Shown: in pieces, positions 30,094 through 40,162 of the stretch
How positions within the stretch are numbered: the stretch's first letter is position 1
Layout: each line of letters opens with the position of its first letter
NCBI GenBank assembly: GCA_963739295.1
Contig: CAVTZS010000005.1
Location: 88,713-152,712, forward strand
Reading direction: 5' to 3'
Source: an uncultured delta proteobacterium
GTDB taxonomy: Bacteria > Desulfobacterota > Desulfobaccia > Desulfobaccales > 0-14-0-80-60-11
DNA length: 64,000 bases
Notes under the pieces: generated by a model
Told to the model about the DNA's origin: nothing
What the model saw: only the letters and a program-made list of their open reading frames with translations
Databases searched by the model: none
Program-made: the position numbers and the translations under genes

Positions 30094-30203
30094 GGGGTTC
30101 CCTGATTTTGGGGTGGGAAAAGTCTAATTTTGGGATAGGAAAAACCTAATTTGGGGCTTCGGAAAACCTAATTTGCGGTTTCGAAATTCCTTACTTGGGA
30201 GGG
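30094..30203 (+). repeat. array of five ~22-bp direct repeats (cluster 2)
   Basis: The units are ggggttccctgattttggggt / gggaaaagtctaattttgggata / ggaaaaacctaatttggggcttc / ggaaaacctaatttgcggtttc / gaaattccttacttgggaggg. Confidence 0.75.
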
Positions 30204-30649
30204 AAAGAATGGCTGAAAGGGCTAAGAAAGAGGATCTATGCGCACTTCAAGACACACTCGGATAATGGACAAGACGTGGTCTTTTTTCCAGGGAACTTTC
30301 ACTTATACTTCTCAACAAGAGGGGAGCCTCTTTATGTGCTTGACTTTTATGCTGATTTGCGTATCATTCCTGGTATGACCCATTTCAGTTAAATAAGTTT
30401 CGGAGAAAAAAATAAGAGGGCTAAGGGAACGAAGAACTAAATGCGGCTCAAGAAAGAGAAAGAAGAGCCTTCTGGCTTGAGGCCAGGTCTGTTTCTGCAA
30501 GATGGCTGCTTCTTGGCTGGAGCCGAAACTTCCCGGGTAGTGAAACTACCGGGGTCAAGTGGGTCGGCCTGAAGTGAGGTTAATTATCAAGCCATCGCCA
30601 GGTGAAGTTGCTTTAAAGATAGGGTCCCACTTGCGGAGTTGATGCTGCC

Positions 30650-33320
30650 ATGGAAAAGCATCATAGCTGTCTCAATACCCGGGCCATTATCGAGTATTTC
30701 CAAGGAAGTATGCCCAGCGAAGTGCATCGCTTATTTGAAGGCCTCGGCCCGGACATTGAGGGTCTGAGCAATCCTCAAGAATTTTTAATGGAAATCAATA
30801 ACTGGGTGTCCAGCGATGTGGTCAGCAGAATGTTTGCGAATGCGAAGAAAATATCCGGTAATAGCCATGTGGCCTTTCAGATCGGTTTTGAATCTGCGGC
30901 GCGGAAAAAGTTGGGTTATGTCCAGCGCATCATTCGTATTTGCCTATAAAACTCCTCGCCGCAGCCTGAAAAAAGTTCAAGAGATTAACGATAAATTTAA
31001 TAAAAACAAACGCATCGAGCTGGTGGAAACTAAAAGCGACAGTGCCATTGTCCGGCTTCACTGGTTCAAAGGTATCTCCAGCAACATTGATTTCTGTCTC
31101 TTCAATAAGGGAATATATTCCGGCCTCCCCACCATCTGGAACCTCCCCCCAGGCATCGTGGAAGAATCTAAATGTTATTTCCAAGGAGATGATTACTGCG
31201 AGTACCACTTTAAATGGAAGCAGAAAAGGTTTTCTTTAAGAGAAACTTTGCTGAAATTCCTGGTGCCCTGGCGGGCTCTCACTTACACCATCGAGGAACT
31301 GGAGCGGGACAAAGAACTCCTGAAAAAGAAGTTCGACGAAATTCACTTCTTAAATATTCAGCTTAAAGAAAAAATCGATCAGCTTATGTGTCTCCAGGAG
31401 ACCAGCATCGCCGCCCTGTCGGTGCTGAATCTGGAAAAGCTCCTGCAGGTAACCTTACGTCTTCTGGTTAATTCCGCCAAGCTTGATCGGGCCGGCATTC
31501 TGCTGCTGGATGAACAGGCAGAGGCTCTGGAGCTTTGTTATGCGGTGGGCATTGACACGGATCTTTTGGAAAAGATCAAGAATTATAAGGTTCCCATCTC
31601 CAAGGTGGATAACGTCATCGCCCGGGTGGCCATGACCGGCATCCCGGCGGTAATCCAGGATGTAGCGCGCAGTAAGCTCAACCTGAATAATCCCTTGATC
31701 CAGCAATTCCAACCCAAGGCCTTCATTCTGGCGCCCCTCACCGTGCGGGGCAAGGTTATCGGGGTATTATTGGCTGATCGAGTCAGCCAGGAGGCCACCA
31801 TCAGCGATGGGGATAGAGAATTTATCGTGAGTTTTGCCAACCAGATTGCCATTGCCCTGGAGAACGCGGTACTCTATCGCAAGCTAGAGATTTCAGAACG
31901 TAAGTACCGCGAACTGGTGGAGAACGCCCACGAAGGCATCTGGATCATTGATGAAAAAGGCATAATTAAATTCGTTAACCGGAGGATGCGGGAAATCACC
32001 GGGCATGAAAAGTTGGAGGGGAGAAATATCCAGGACTTGTTTGACCAGGACAATATGGGTCTGATGGAGCATATCTTGGCCCAGAACCGGCAAAACAGTG
32101 TCGCTCAACAAGAACTGGAAATCACTTGCAAGAACCAAGGCTTAGCTTCGGTGATTGTGAGTTCCGTGCCGTTGTTTGAAAATGAAAAATTTGTGGGCGC
32201 CTTTGCCATGTTCAGTGACGTCACCGCGCTCAGGGAAACTGAAAGGCGATTCCGGAAGATCTTTGAGGAGGCCGGCATCGGCATCGCCCTGGTGGACATG
32301 GAGGGGTATCTGTTGGATAGCAACCCCGCCCTGCAGCAGATGCTGAGTTACCGAAAGGAAGAGCTTTACCGCAAATCTTTCCTGGATATCACCCATCCCG
32401 ATGATCAAGAGCCCAGCAGTAACCTATTCAAATACCTGGTGGAGGGAAAACGCGACTCCTTCCGGAGGGAAAAGCGTTACCTTCGCAAGGATGGCCATTT
32501 GGTTTGGGGTCAATTGACCCTTTCCCTGGTTCGGGACGTGAGCGGCGAACCCCAGTTTGCCATGGCGATGATTGAGGATATCACCAAGCGCAAGCAAGCC
32601 GAGGCGGAGATTACCACTTACCAGGAACAACTCCAGTCTTTGGCGTCGGAGTTGTCCTTGACCGAGGAGCGGGAACGCCGGCAACTGGCCACGGACTTGC
32701 ACGATCATATTGGCCAGGCCCTGGCCATTGCCAAGATCAAGTTGGGAGTGCTGCAAAAATCGGCATCTTCTGAGGCCTTGAGCAATCCTTTAAGCGAGGT
32801 CCGGGAACTCATTGAAAAGATGATTCAGGATACCCGGTCGCTGACCTTCGAACTAAGCCTCCCCATTCTTTACGAACTCGGTTTTGAGGCGGCGGTGGAG
32901 TGGTTCGCCAAATACATGCGGGCTCAGCATGGCATCCAGGTTGACATTCAGAGGGATCGGAAACCCCTTCCCATGGATGATGAAATCAAAGTCCTGCTCT
33001 TTAAGGCGGTGCGAGAGTTGATGATGAATATTGTCAAGCATGCCCACGCCAGCCAGGCTCAGGTGATCATTCAGAGAGACGGCGATGACATTCGCATTGA
33101 AGTTGAAGATAATGGGGTGGGAATCGACCATTCCAAAATTCATCCCCAATTAGGAAGAACCGGCGGATTCGGTCTCTTCAGTATTCGGGAGCGCCTCCGT
33201 TATCTGGGAGGCCGGGTGGAGGTGGCGTCCGACCAGGGCCAGGGGGCCAGGATTACCTTGCTGGTCCCTCTCCAGCACACTAAGAAGACCAAAAAGACTC
33301 ACCTGAGGGTAGCGAGATGA
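30650..33320 (+). CDS. multidomain sensor histidine kinase (N-terminal sensor domain, GAF, two PAS, HisKA_3 + HATPase), interrupted by an apparent frameshift near 30925-30945
   Basis: ORF 30650..30949 ('...NNWVSSDVVSRMFANAKKISG...KKLGYVQRII') and ORF 30816..33320 ('FVFAYKTPRRSLKKVQEINDKFN...') together form one N-terminal domain. Downstream are 'ERERRQLATDLHDHIGQAL' (the HisKA_3 H-box) and 'DNGVGI...GGFGLFSIRERL'. Confidence 0.8.
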
Positions 33321-33970
33321 CCATAAGAATTATTTTAGCGGACGACCACCAGATTGTGCGCCAGGGCCTGCGCACCTTGCTGGCCGCGGAGCCCGACATG
33401 GAGGTAGTGGCCGAGGCGGACAATGGCCGCACCACCTTGCGATTGGTGCAGGAGCTTAAGCCCCAGGTAGTGATCATGGACATCTCCATGCCCGATTTGA
33501 ATGGCATTGAAGCCACGCGCCAGATATCGGTTGAGTCTCCTGGGGTCAAAGTGGTAGCCCTCTCCATGCACTCTGACAGTCTCTTTGTGTTGAACATGCT
33601 CAAGGCCGGGGCCTCCGGCTACCTGTTGAAGGATTGCGCCCTGGAGGAATTGGTGAAGGCCATCCGCACCGTGGTGGCTCAGAAAACTTACCTTAGCCCC
33701 GGGGTGTCCGACATTGTGATCAAAGACTTTGTGAGCAGCTGGTCAGGGACCGGTTCTTCAGCTTTTTCCATTCTCACCGCCCGGGAACGCGAGGTGCTGC
33801 AACTGATGGCCGAAGGTAAAAGCACCAATCAAATTGCCGACAGCCTCTGTGTCAGCGCCAAGACCGTGGAAGCCCATCGCAAACAAATCATGGACAAACT
33901 AGGCATTCGCAGCGTCGCCGAACTCACCAAGTATGCCATCCGCCAGGGCCTTACCTCCCTTGAAGCCTGA
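33317..33970 (+). CDS. NarL/FixJ (LuxR-type HTH) response regulator, copy 1
   Basis: 217 aa with the receiver 'ILADDH...VVIMDISMPDLNG' and the HTH 'LTAREREVLQLMAEGKSTNQIA'. Its ATG overlaps the kinase stop (ATGA). Confidence 0.9.
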   Translation: MTIRIILADDHQIVRQGLRTLLAAEPDMEVVAEADNGRTTLRLVQELKPQVVIMDISMPDLNGIEATRQISVESPGVKVVALSMHSDSLFVLNMLKAGASGYLLKDCALEELVKAIRTVVAQKTYLSPGVSDIVIKDFVSSWSGTGSSAFSILTAREREVLQLMAEGKSTNQIADSLCVSAKTVEAHRKQIMDKLGIRSVAELTKYAIRQGLTSLEA

Positions 33971-34257
33971 TCCGGTTTAGGATCTGCCGCCCTCCTTTTT
34001 TCATCTTATTTCATACATTTCCCGATTTTAAATTCAGGCCTCCCGAGACTCAAAATCAGGATTTCCCTTAATGTAGTTAAAATAAGCCTGTGGTATACAA
34101 AAATCGAAAACAAGGTAAGCCTCACATCGTTCTTAAAGCAATTACTGAGGGTGCCCCTTTCCCACAATAGGGAGCATCTAATTTATCCGCTCTGGAGCCA
34201 GGGATGTCTGCTAAGTACGCTTATATGGGGCAAAGAAGGCTGGTAATGGCTGGCGAC

Positions 34258-34911
34258 ATGATCATAAAGATTATCCTGGCAGACGACCATAAGATTGTGC
34301 GCCAGGGCCTGCGCACCTTGCTGGCGACGGAGCCCGACATGGAGGTAGTAGGCGAGGCCGATAATGGCCGCACCACCTTACGACTGGCCCAAGAGAAAAG
34401 GCCCCACGTGGTGATCATGGACATCACCATGCCGGATTTGAATGGCATTGAAGCCACCCGCCAGATATTGGCCGAGTCTCCCGAGGTCAAAGTAATCGCC
34501 CTCTCCATGCATTCAGACAGTCTCTTTGTGTTGAATATGCTCAAAGCCGGGGCTTCCGGCTATTTGTTGAAGGATTGCGCCCTGGAGGAATTGGTCAAGG
34601 CCATTCGCACCGTGGTGGCGCAGAAAACCTATCTTAGCCCCGGGGTATCCGACATCGTGCTCAAAGACTTTGTGAGCGGCTGGTCCACCCCCGGCTCCTC
34701 AGCTTTTTCTATTCTCACCGCCCGGGAACGTGAGGTGTTGCAACTTATGGCTGAAGGCAAAACCACCAACCAGATCGCCTATCGCCTCTGCCTGAGTGTG
34801 AAGACCGTGGAAGCTCACCGCAAACAAACCATGAATAAGTTAGGTATTCACAGCGTCGCTGAACTCACCAAATATGCCATCCGTCAAGGCCTGACCTCCC
34901 TGGAAGCCTGA
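34258..34911 (+). CDS. NarL/FixJ (LuxR-type HTH) response regulator, copy 2 (tandem paralog)
   Basis: 217 aa from 'MIIKIILADDHK'. About 88% identical to copy 1 by manual alignment. The ORF is open from 34204, but homology begins at 34258. Confidence 0.85.
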   Translation: MIIKIILADDHKIVRQGLRTLLATEPDMEVVGEADNGRTTLRLAQEKRPHVVIMDITMPDLNGIEATRQILAESPEVKVIALSMHSDSLFVLNMLKAGASGYLLKDCALEELVKAIRTVVAQKTYLSPGVSDIVLKDFVSGWSTPGSSAFSILTAREREVLQLMAEGKTTNQIAYRLCLSVKTVEAHRKQTMNKLGIHSVAELTKYAIRQGLTSLEA

Positions 34912-35103
34912 TTTCAATTAGGAATTACCGCCCTCAGTTTTTCCTGTCATACCTCCCCCGAGGTTAAATTCAGTAGTTTCAAGATGTAAAATTAGGAATT
35001 TCCCGAATGTATTAAAACAAGGCCATGTTATGCAAATAAACATGCGGTGGTGAAGGACAATCTTCGGGGACATCATATCTATTAAAAGCCCAGTAAGTTA
35101 AGG

Positions 35104-35427
35104 ATGATGACCCAGTCTACATCACCTATTCTAAAATCGAGATTGGAAAGGAGGCATAATTTGGGACTCAATATTTCTGTGCGCCGGAAAAGAGACGACG
35201 TATATCTAAAATTGATGGGCAACTTCAGCAATACGTCGGCCTATGAGTTGCTGGGCGTCTTGAAGAAAGTGATGATGGCGTCGCTGCAGTTTTCCTCCCC
35301 TGGCTCGGCCGTGCTCTTTACCTTTAAAACTCAAGCAAAGGTAAATTTTCCGGTTGGCCATGACCTCGATAAGGCCAGGGCTCTGCCAAGCAGGAAAACA
35401 CCAAGGCACAACGGCGCGGTGATTTAA
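35104..35427 (+). CDS. hypothetical protein
   Basis: 107-aa ORF with no recognisable motif. It lies about 100 nt downstream of the repeat motif that follows regulator copy 2. Confidence 0.35.
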   Translation: MMTQSTSPILKSRLERRHNLGLNISVRRKRDDVYLKLMGNFSNTSAYELLGVLKKVMMASLQFSSPGSAVLFTFKTQAKVNFPVGHDLDKARALPSRKTPRHNGAVI

Positions 35428-35854
35428 GACTGGCCCAGCCTCAAAGAAGGGAATGGCTAAAGCCCCGGCTGGTCCAGAGGCGCGGTAAGCGAGCCCAGCT
35501 CAACCCTTCTGCTGGCATAGGATAAAGTTGCAGGAGGAGGGGGCACTACGCCCTCACCGAGTCAAATACCTTCCCAGGGGAGAAGGCCTTGGGATAAGGG
35601 TGGGCAGATCGCCCCTTTGCCTTCCCGCCAAGATTTTCTAAACTTTCTTTTCATCAAAATGCTAGGCCCTGGTCTGGCTATTAGCCAGGGTTGAGGTATG
35701 GGGAAAGGGGGTAGGACGGATCAACGGCCCCCCTCTTGCCAGGGCCTAGCCCATGATATAATTAACAAAGGTTTTCAGGGAAATCACTGGGGTCATGGAT
35801 GGCTGTCTTCCGAGGCTCATCCTGGCGCCCTGGTCAATGACTAAGGAGCGAAGC

Positions 35855-36130
35855 ATGAAAAAGATAAAGTTTTTTATTTTAGCCCTGGTTCTGGCCCTGT
35901 TTGCGGCGGGATCGGTCTGGGCCGCCGACCCCAAGCCCCAGACCACCTGCCCGGTTCTGGGGGGCAATGTGGACAAGCAGGTGTATGCGGATTATAAGGG
36001 CAAGCGCATCTACTTTTGTTGTCAGGGCTGCGATGCAGAGTTTCGCAAGGACCCGGAAAAATACCTGAAAAAGCTGGAGGAGCAGGGGGTAACTCCTGAA
36101 AAGGCCCCCGCCGGGACAGAGAAGAAATAA
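35855..36130 (+). CDS. secreted YHS/TRASH-type metal-binding domain protein
   Basis: It has a signal peptide 'MKKIKFFILALVLALFAAGSVWA' followed by 'CPVLGGNVDK...YFCCQGCDAEFRKDPEKYL'. Confidence 0.65.
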   Translation: MKKIKFFILALVLALFAAGSVWAADPKPQTTCPVLGGNVDKQVYADYKGKRIYFCCQGCDAEFRKDPEKYLKKLEEQGVTPEKAPAGTEKK

Positions 36131-36250
36131 GTTATCCGGACTCTGTCTGTTGGCCATGAACCGGGGGTCAGGTCCTGGGAACCTGACCCCCGGGCTTTGT
36201 AGATGATCAAGGAAAGCAATGACCATTATTATTTAGAAGGATGGAGAGTC

Positions 36251-36667
36251 ATGAAAAGTTACCGGAAAGAGCTCTGGTTCCAGGTGCCCGGCCGGCGGGC
36301 CTTTATCAATATCACGCCGCAGGCGGAGAGATGTCTTAAAGAAAGTGGCATCACCGAGGGCCTCCTCCTCTGTAACGCCATGCACATCACCGCCAGCGTG
36401 TTTATCAATGACGATGAGTCCGGGCTGCACCACGACTACGACGTCTGGCTGGAGAAGCTGGCGCCCCATGCGCCGGTCTCCCAATACCGCCACAATGTAG
36501 GCGAGGATAACGCCGATGCCCACCTGAAGCGGCAAATCATGGGCCGGGAGGTGGTGGTGGCCGTGACCGGCGGCAAGCTGGATTTCGGCCCCTGGGAGCA
36601 GATTTTTTACGGGGAGTTTGACGGCGGTCGCCGAAAACGGGTGCTGGTAAAGATCATTGGCGAGTAA
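36251..36667 (+). CDS. yjbQ: YjbQ/UPF0047 family (secondary thiamine-phosphate synthase) protein
   Basis: 138 aa with '[27 protein letters not shown]...[42 protein letters not shown]'. Confidence 0.85.
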   Translation: MKSYRKELWFQVPGRRAFINITPQAERCLKESGITEGLLLCNAMHITASVFINDDESGLHHDYDVWLEKLAPHAPVSQYRHNVGEDNADAHLKRQIMGREVVVAVTGGKLDFGPWEQIFYGEFDGGRRKRVLVKIIGE

Positions 36668-36672
36668 GCTAT

Positions 36673-36716
36673 TTGGGGGAGGGCAGGGACCCCCGGTCCC
36701 TGCCCTCCCCCCAAAC
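36673..36716. repeat. GC-rich REP-like palindromic element (copy F)
   Basis: TTGGGGGAGGGCAGGGA-cccccg-GTCCCTGCCCTCCCCCCAA, between the convergent genes yjbQ and pfp. Confidence 0.75.
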
Positions 36717-36722
36717 CTCCTC

Positions 36723-38447
36723 TCATCCCCCCAACGCATTTAACATCAGGGTAATGGGTTTGTCGTCCGCGCCCGGCCCGTGAAACTGGATGGGGCCGGG
36801 GAAGCGGTAGCGGTCTTCCTGGGCCCACTTCTGCCTTTCTTGTTCCAGAATCTTAAAGGCCAGGCTGTCGAGGTCCACCTTCTGTTTCTGGATTACCAGT
36901 TCCAGGCGGCCCTGGCGCTCTTCCAGATGCATCAGCGGAGCCAGGGGGATGCCCAGGGGCTGCCAGGCCTCCAGGGGTTTATGCAGGTCTTTGATGGCCG
37001 CCATGTAACCGGTGAGCCCGTTGGCCAGGAGGCTGAAGGCGGCATGTCCCAGGTTGTAGGTATAGTCGCAGTCGAACTTGGTGGGAAAGGTGCCCCGGCC
37101 ATCGTAACCGTAATAGTGATTCTGGGTCCGGAAGGTGCCCTTGTAGATGCCTTTACTGCGTTGCTTGCGCAGGTAGGTGGCCACCATCCCCACCAGGATT
37201 CTTTCGGTATTTACCAGGGCGTATTGAAAGTTACCGTGGCTGTCCCGGGGGAGCAGCAGGCCTCTCTGGAGTTCCGGGGGCAGCCCTAAAAAGACCCGGC
37301 TGTCGTAGTCTCTCCAGATGTCATTGTTGTCAATGAGTTGCACCTGATCCTCAAACGAGAGCTTATGAAAGGGTTCGTCCGCTTCGGCCTCCCGGTTGTA
37401 GGTGGCGATGATATGGCTGATCTTGATGATTAGCACGTTGATTTCGTGGATGAATTCCAGGATGCCTTCCGGGATCAGGATGGTCCCGTAATTTTTGCCC
37501 AGACGGGCGCGCTCCACCACCACGTCGGCGATGAGGCGCACCACGTTGTGAATGGTGAGCTCCTTTTCCTCGATCTCCTCGCCGATGAGGATCACGTTGG
37601 GGTGGGTCTGGAAGCCCACCTCCTGGACGATGTGGGAGGCGCTCCGGCCCATGAGGCGGCAGAAGTGCCAGTATTTCAGGTCCGATTGGCAATCCGAATT
37701 GAGGTTGCCCAGTTCGGTGGCATAGGCCATACAGGCCGAGTGGAAGCCAAAGGGAATCTGGCATAGGCCCGGTATCTGGAGGTCGCCGTCAATGGTCTTG
37801 GGGATGCCGATGACCTGGACCCCCGTATCCCGCAAGTTTTCCGCCAGGAAGGCGGCGTTGGTATTGGAATCATCCCCGCCCACGACCACCAGGCCGGATA
37901 TACCCAGGGCCGCTAAAGTTTCCCGGCAGTGCGCCATTTTCTGGGGAGTATCGATCTTTTCCCGGCCGGTGCCCAGCATGTTAAAGCCGCCGGAATTCTG
38001 GTAATGCGCCACCATCTCCCCGGTTATTTCGGTATGCTTGTTGGCGATGATGCCCTGGGGCCCGGCCAGGAAACCGATGAGCTGATTTTCCGGGTGGGCC
38101 TGCTGGGCCGCCTCAAAGAGACCGGCGATGACATTGTGCCCCCCGGGCGCGGGGCCGCCGGACAGGACGAGGCCGATTCTCCGGGGGGGCGAGGGCCGGG
38201 GCTGGCCCGGGTGGGGGATGATTTCCACCAGCTGGTTCCGGCTGACCCAGGGCAATTGCTCCTGGGCGGCTTTGAGGACTTCCAGTTCCGCTTCCGCCAT
38301 AGGTTGGGTCACCCCCACGCCTTTCTGCAAAATTGCGCACAGAGGAGGCTGGTATGACCTTCTCTCGGCCCGGATGGGGCTCTCCTCGCTTAATAAGGCC
38401 TGGATGGCCTGAGGATGGTCAATCTTTTCTTGAAATTTAGCTTCCAT
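36723..38447 (-). CDS. pfp: diphosphate--fructose-6-phosphate 1-phosphotransferase (PPi-dependent PFK, long form)
   Basis: 574 aa with 'GLVLSGGPAPGGHNVIAG', 'VVGGDDSNTNAA', 'GIPKTIDGDL' and 'MGRSASH'. Confidence 0.85.
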   Translation of the reverse strand: MEAKFQEKIDHPQAIQALLSEESPIRAERRSYQPPLCAILQKGVGVTQPMAEAELEVLKAAQEQLPWVSRNQLVEIIPHPGQPRPSPPRRIGLVLSGGPAPGGHNVIAGLFEAAQQAHPENQLIGFLAGPQGIIANKHTEITGEMVAHYQNSGGFNMLGTGREKIDTPQKMAHCRETLAALGISGLVVVGGDDSNTNAAFLAENLRDTGVQVIGIPKTIDGDLQIPGLCQIPFGFHSACMAYATELGNLNSDCQSDLKYWHFCRLMGRSASHIVQEVGFQTHPNVILIGEEIEEKELTIHNVVRLIADVVVERARLGKNYGTILIPEGILEFIHEINVLIIKISHIIATYNREAEADEPFHKLSFEDQVQLIDNNDIWRDYDSRVFLGLPPELQRGLLLPRDSHGNFQYALVNTERILVGMVATYLRKQRSKGIYKGTFRTQNHYYGYDGRGTFPTKFDCDYTYNLGHAAFSLLANGLTGYMAAIKDLHKPLEAWQPLGIPLAPLMHLEERQGRLELVIQKQKVDLDSLAFKILEQERQKWAQEDRYRFPGPIQFHGPGADDKPITLMLNALGG

Positions 38448-38586
38448 CTTTGATTTTCCTTGATGTTCCCCATCAATATTTTTTGAGAAAACCTTTACCC
38501 TTTATGGGCACATTTTATAGGCTGCTAAAAAATTTCGCCCCAGAAAAATATAGAAACGGAGAAACCGCATATCAAGGTGGAAGCCT
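38197..38586. repeat. 390-bp direct repeat, copy 1 (pfp 5' coding end plus upstream region)
   Basis: It aligns colinearly with 40174-40563 at a constant offset of 1977 bp. Identity is roughly 85-90% by eye. Confidence 0.85.
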
Positions 38587-38955
38587 AAGAAACAAGTGGC
38601 AAGACTCTCAGGCGGAAAGGTTTTCAGACCCTGAGCTAACGCTTTTAGGTATGGCAACTGATGAGGGAGGAAGTTCTTTTTTGAATGGATGGACCTTATT
38701 TCATTAACTTTTTTATAAAAGTTAATAAGCCGATTTGGTGTGGCTCGGGGGCAGCTATTTAATTAGCTTGACATTGAGCAATTACCATGTAAAATTTAAA
38801 AAGTTTAGCATGTCAGACTGAAAGCAGGGCCACAAGTCCTGGATAAAAATCGGATGGGGATGCTATTCCTGGCCGATTTTTTTTTGCCTGAATGCTGCGC
38901 GCCCTGCTTTTTTGGCGGGAAAATCATTGCAACATCTGCAGGAGGTTCTTTAACA

Positions 38956-39159
38956 ATGAAGGAAACTGGTACGGTGAAATGGTTTAACGACTCCAAGGGC
39001 TTTGGCTTTATCTGCCGGGAAACCGGTCCGGATGTATTTGTGCATCACAGCGCCATACAAGGCGAAGGCTTTCGCTCCCTGGCGGAAGACCAGGAAGTGG
39101 AGTTTGAGGTGGTCCAGGGTCCCAAGGGGGCACAGGCCCAAAACGTGGTAAAGCTTTAA
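38956..39159 (+). CDS. cold-shock protein (CspA family)
   Basis: 67 aa: '[19 protein letters not shown]...DVFVHHSAI'. The RNP1 and RNP2 motifs are present. Confidence 0.9.
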   Translation: MKETGTVKWFNDSKGFGFICRETGPDVFVHHSAIQGEGFRSLAEDQEVEFEVVQGPKGAQAQNVVKL

Positions 39160-39430
39160 GCCGTAAAGCTTGATGGTCAGAACTCCGGCGGTCTTGGGAC
39201 CTCGGAGTTCTGGCACCTTGACCCTTAGAGAGGTGAAAACTTGGCACGAAACCGTTACGGCTGGCAAAAGCGCACCAAAGAGATAGCCCGAAAACAGAAG
39301 AACGAAGAAAAGATGAAACGCCGCCAGAGCAAAACCTCGATACCCACAGAGGAAAGCCCGGAGGCGGCTAAAGAAGAAATTTAAAGGGATGAGCCGGAAG
39401 CCTATCCGGCCGGACCAACAAGGAGAAGAC

Positions 39431-39712
39431 ATGAGCATGAACTTATACGTGGGCAACCTGCCCCACCAGATGACTGAAGAACAATTGCAGACCCTTTTTT
39501 CCGAGGCCGGCAATGTGGCTTCGGCCAAGATCATTACCGACCGGCAAACGGGCCAACCCAGGGGCTTCGGCTTTGTGGAGATGGAGACCAAGTTGGAAGG
39601 CCAGAAGGCCATTTCCATGCTTAACGGCCGGGATGTAGAGGGACGCCCCCTGACAGTCAACGAAGCCAAGCCGAGGTTTGGCGGCGGTGGCAGCCGCGGT
39701 TACCGACATTAA
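39431..39712 (+). CDS. RRM-type RNA-binding protein with Gly-rich tail
   Basis: It has 'MNLYVGNL' (RNP2), 'RGFGFVEM' (RNP1) and a C-terminal 'RFGGGGSRGYRH'. Confidence 0.85.
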   Translation: MSMNLYVGNLPHQMTEEQLQTLFSEAGNVASAKIITDRQTGQPRGFGFVEMETKLEGQKAISMLNGRDVEGRPLTVNEAKPRFGGGGSRGYRH

Positions 39713-39779
39713 CCAAGGGTTCAGGCGGCTAGGTGTGGGTAGCCTGCACTTCTAGCCGTGGGATTTTCTAGCAATCAAG

Positions 39780-39806
39780 AGGCGGCCTCTAGGCCGCCTT
39801 TTTTTA
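39780..39806 (+). terminator. Rho-independent terminator after the RRM gene
   Basis: An 8-bp GC stem AGGCGGCC/GGCCGCCT with a tcta loop, followed by T7. Confidence 0.75.
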
Positions 39807-40162
39807 TTGCTTGACTATGGATACCCTTGGAATAGCTGGCCCTATCCTTTATCGGGAGAGTTCATTAACTTTTCAGCGAAAGTTAATGAACCTTTTTATA
39901 AATTTTAAAGGTTTTTTAAAATTGGAGGGGAAGCGATGGAAATTTATTTTGCATTAGGCTTGACAAGAAATTAATTTTGAATTATATTAAATACACTCCT
40001 TGCTTCCTTGTTTGTCGTTTTCCTAGGTCTGGCCTGAAACATGGCAAGGCACAGACAAGATGGGGCAAGGCATGACGGCAAGGTGGTTCCTGTCTTACCT
40101 TGCCGGGGCAGGAGATGGCCGATTCGTGAAAACCGGGTCGGCCATTGCTTTTATTGGTCAAT

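Noticed and set aside
29914-30203. Could the repeat arrays be a CRISPR array?
   Set aside because: The units are contiguous with a ~22-bp period and no unique spacers. The repeats are degenerate, and no cas genes are present in the window.
30195-30392. 65-aa ORF (TTG start) just after repeat cluster 2.
   Set aside because: It has no Shine-Dalgarno sequence, no motif and atypical composition. It is possibly a leader or an sRNA region, but I cannot support a CDS call.
38450-38707. 85-aa plus-strand ORF in the pfp upstream region, plus small ORFs at 39982..40331.
   Set aside because: They fall in the duplicated promoter and leader sequence or in the junction region. There is no RBS or motif, and the duplicated copy does not preserve the frame.
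38950-39669. 239-aa minus-strand ORF spanning csp and the RRM gene.
   Set aside because: It is antisense to two genes with unambiguous RNP motifs and has no features of its own.
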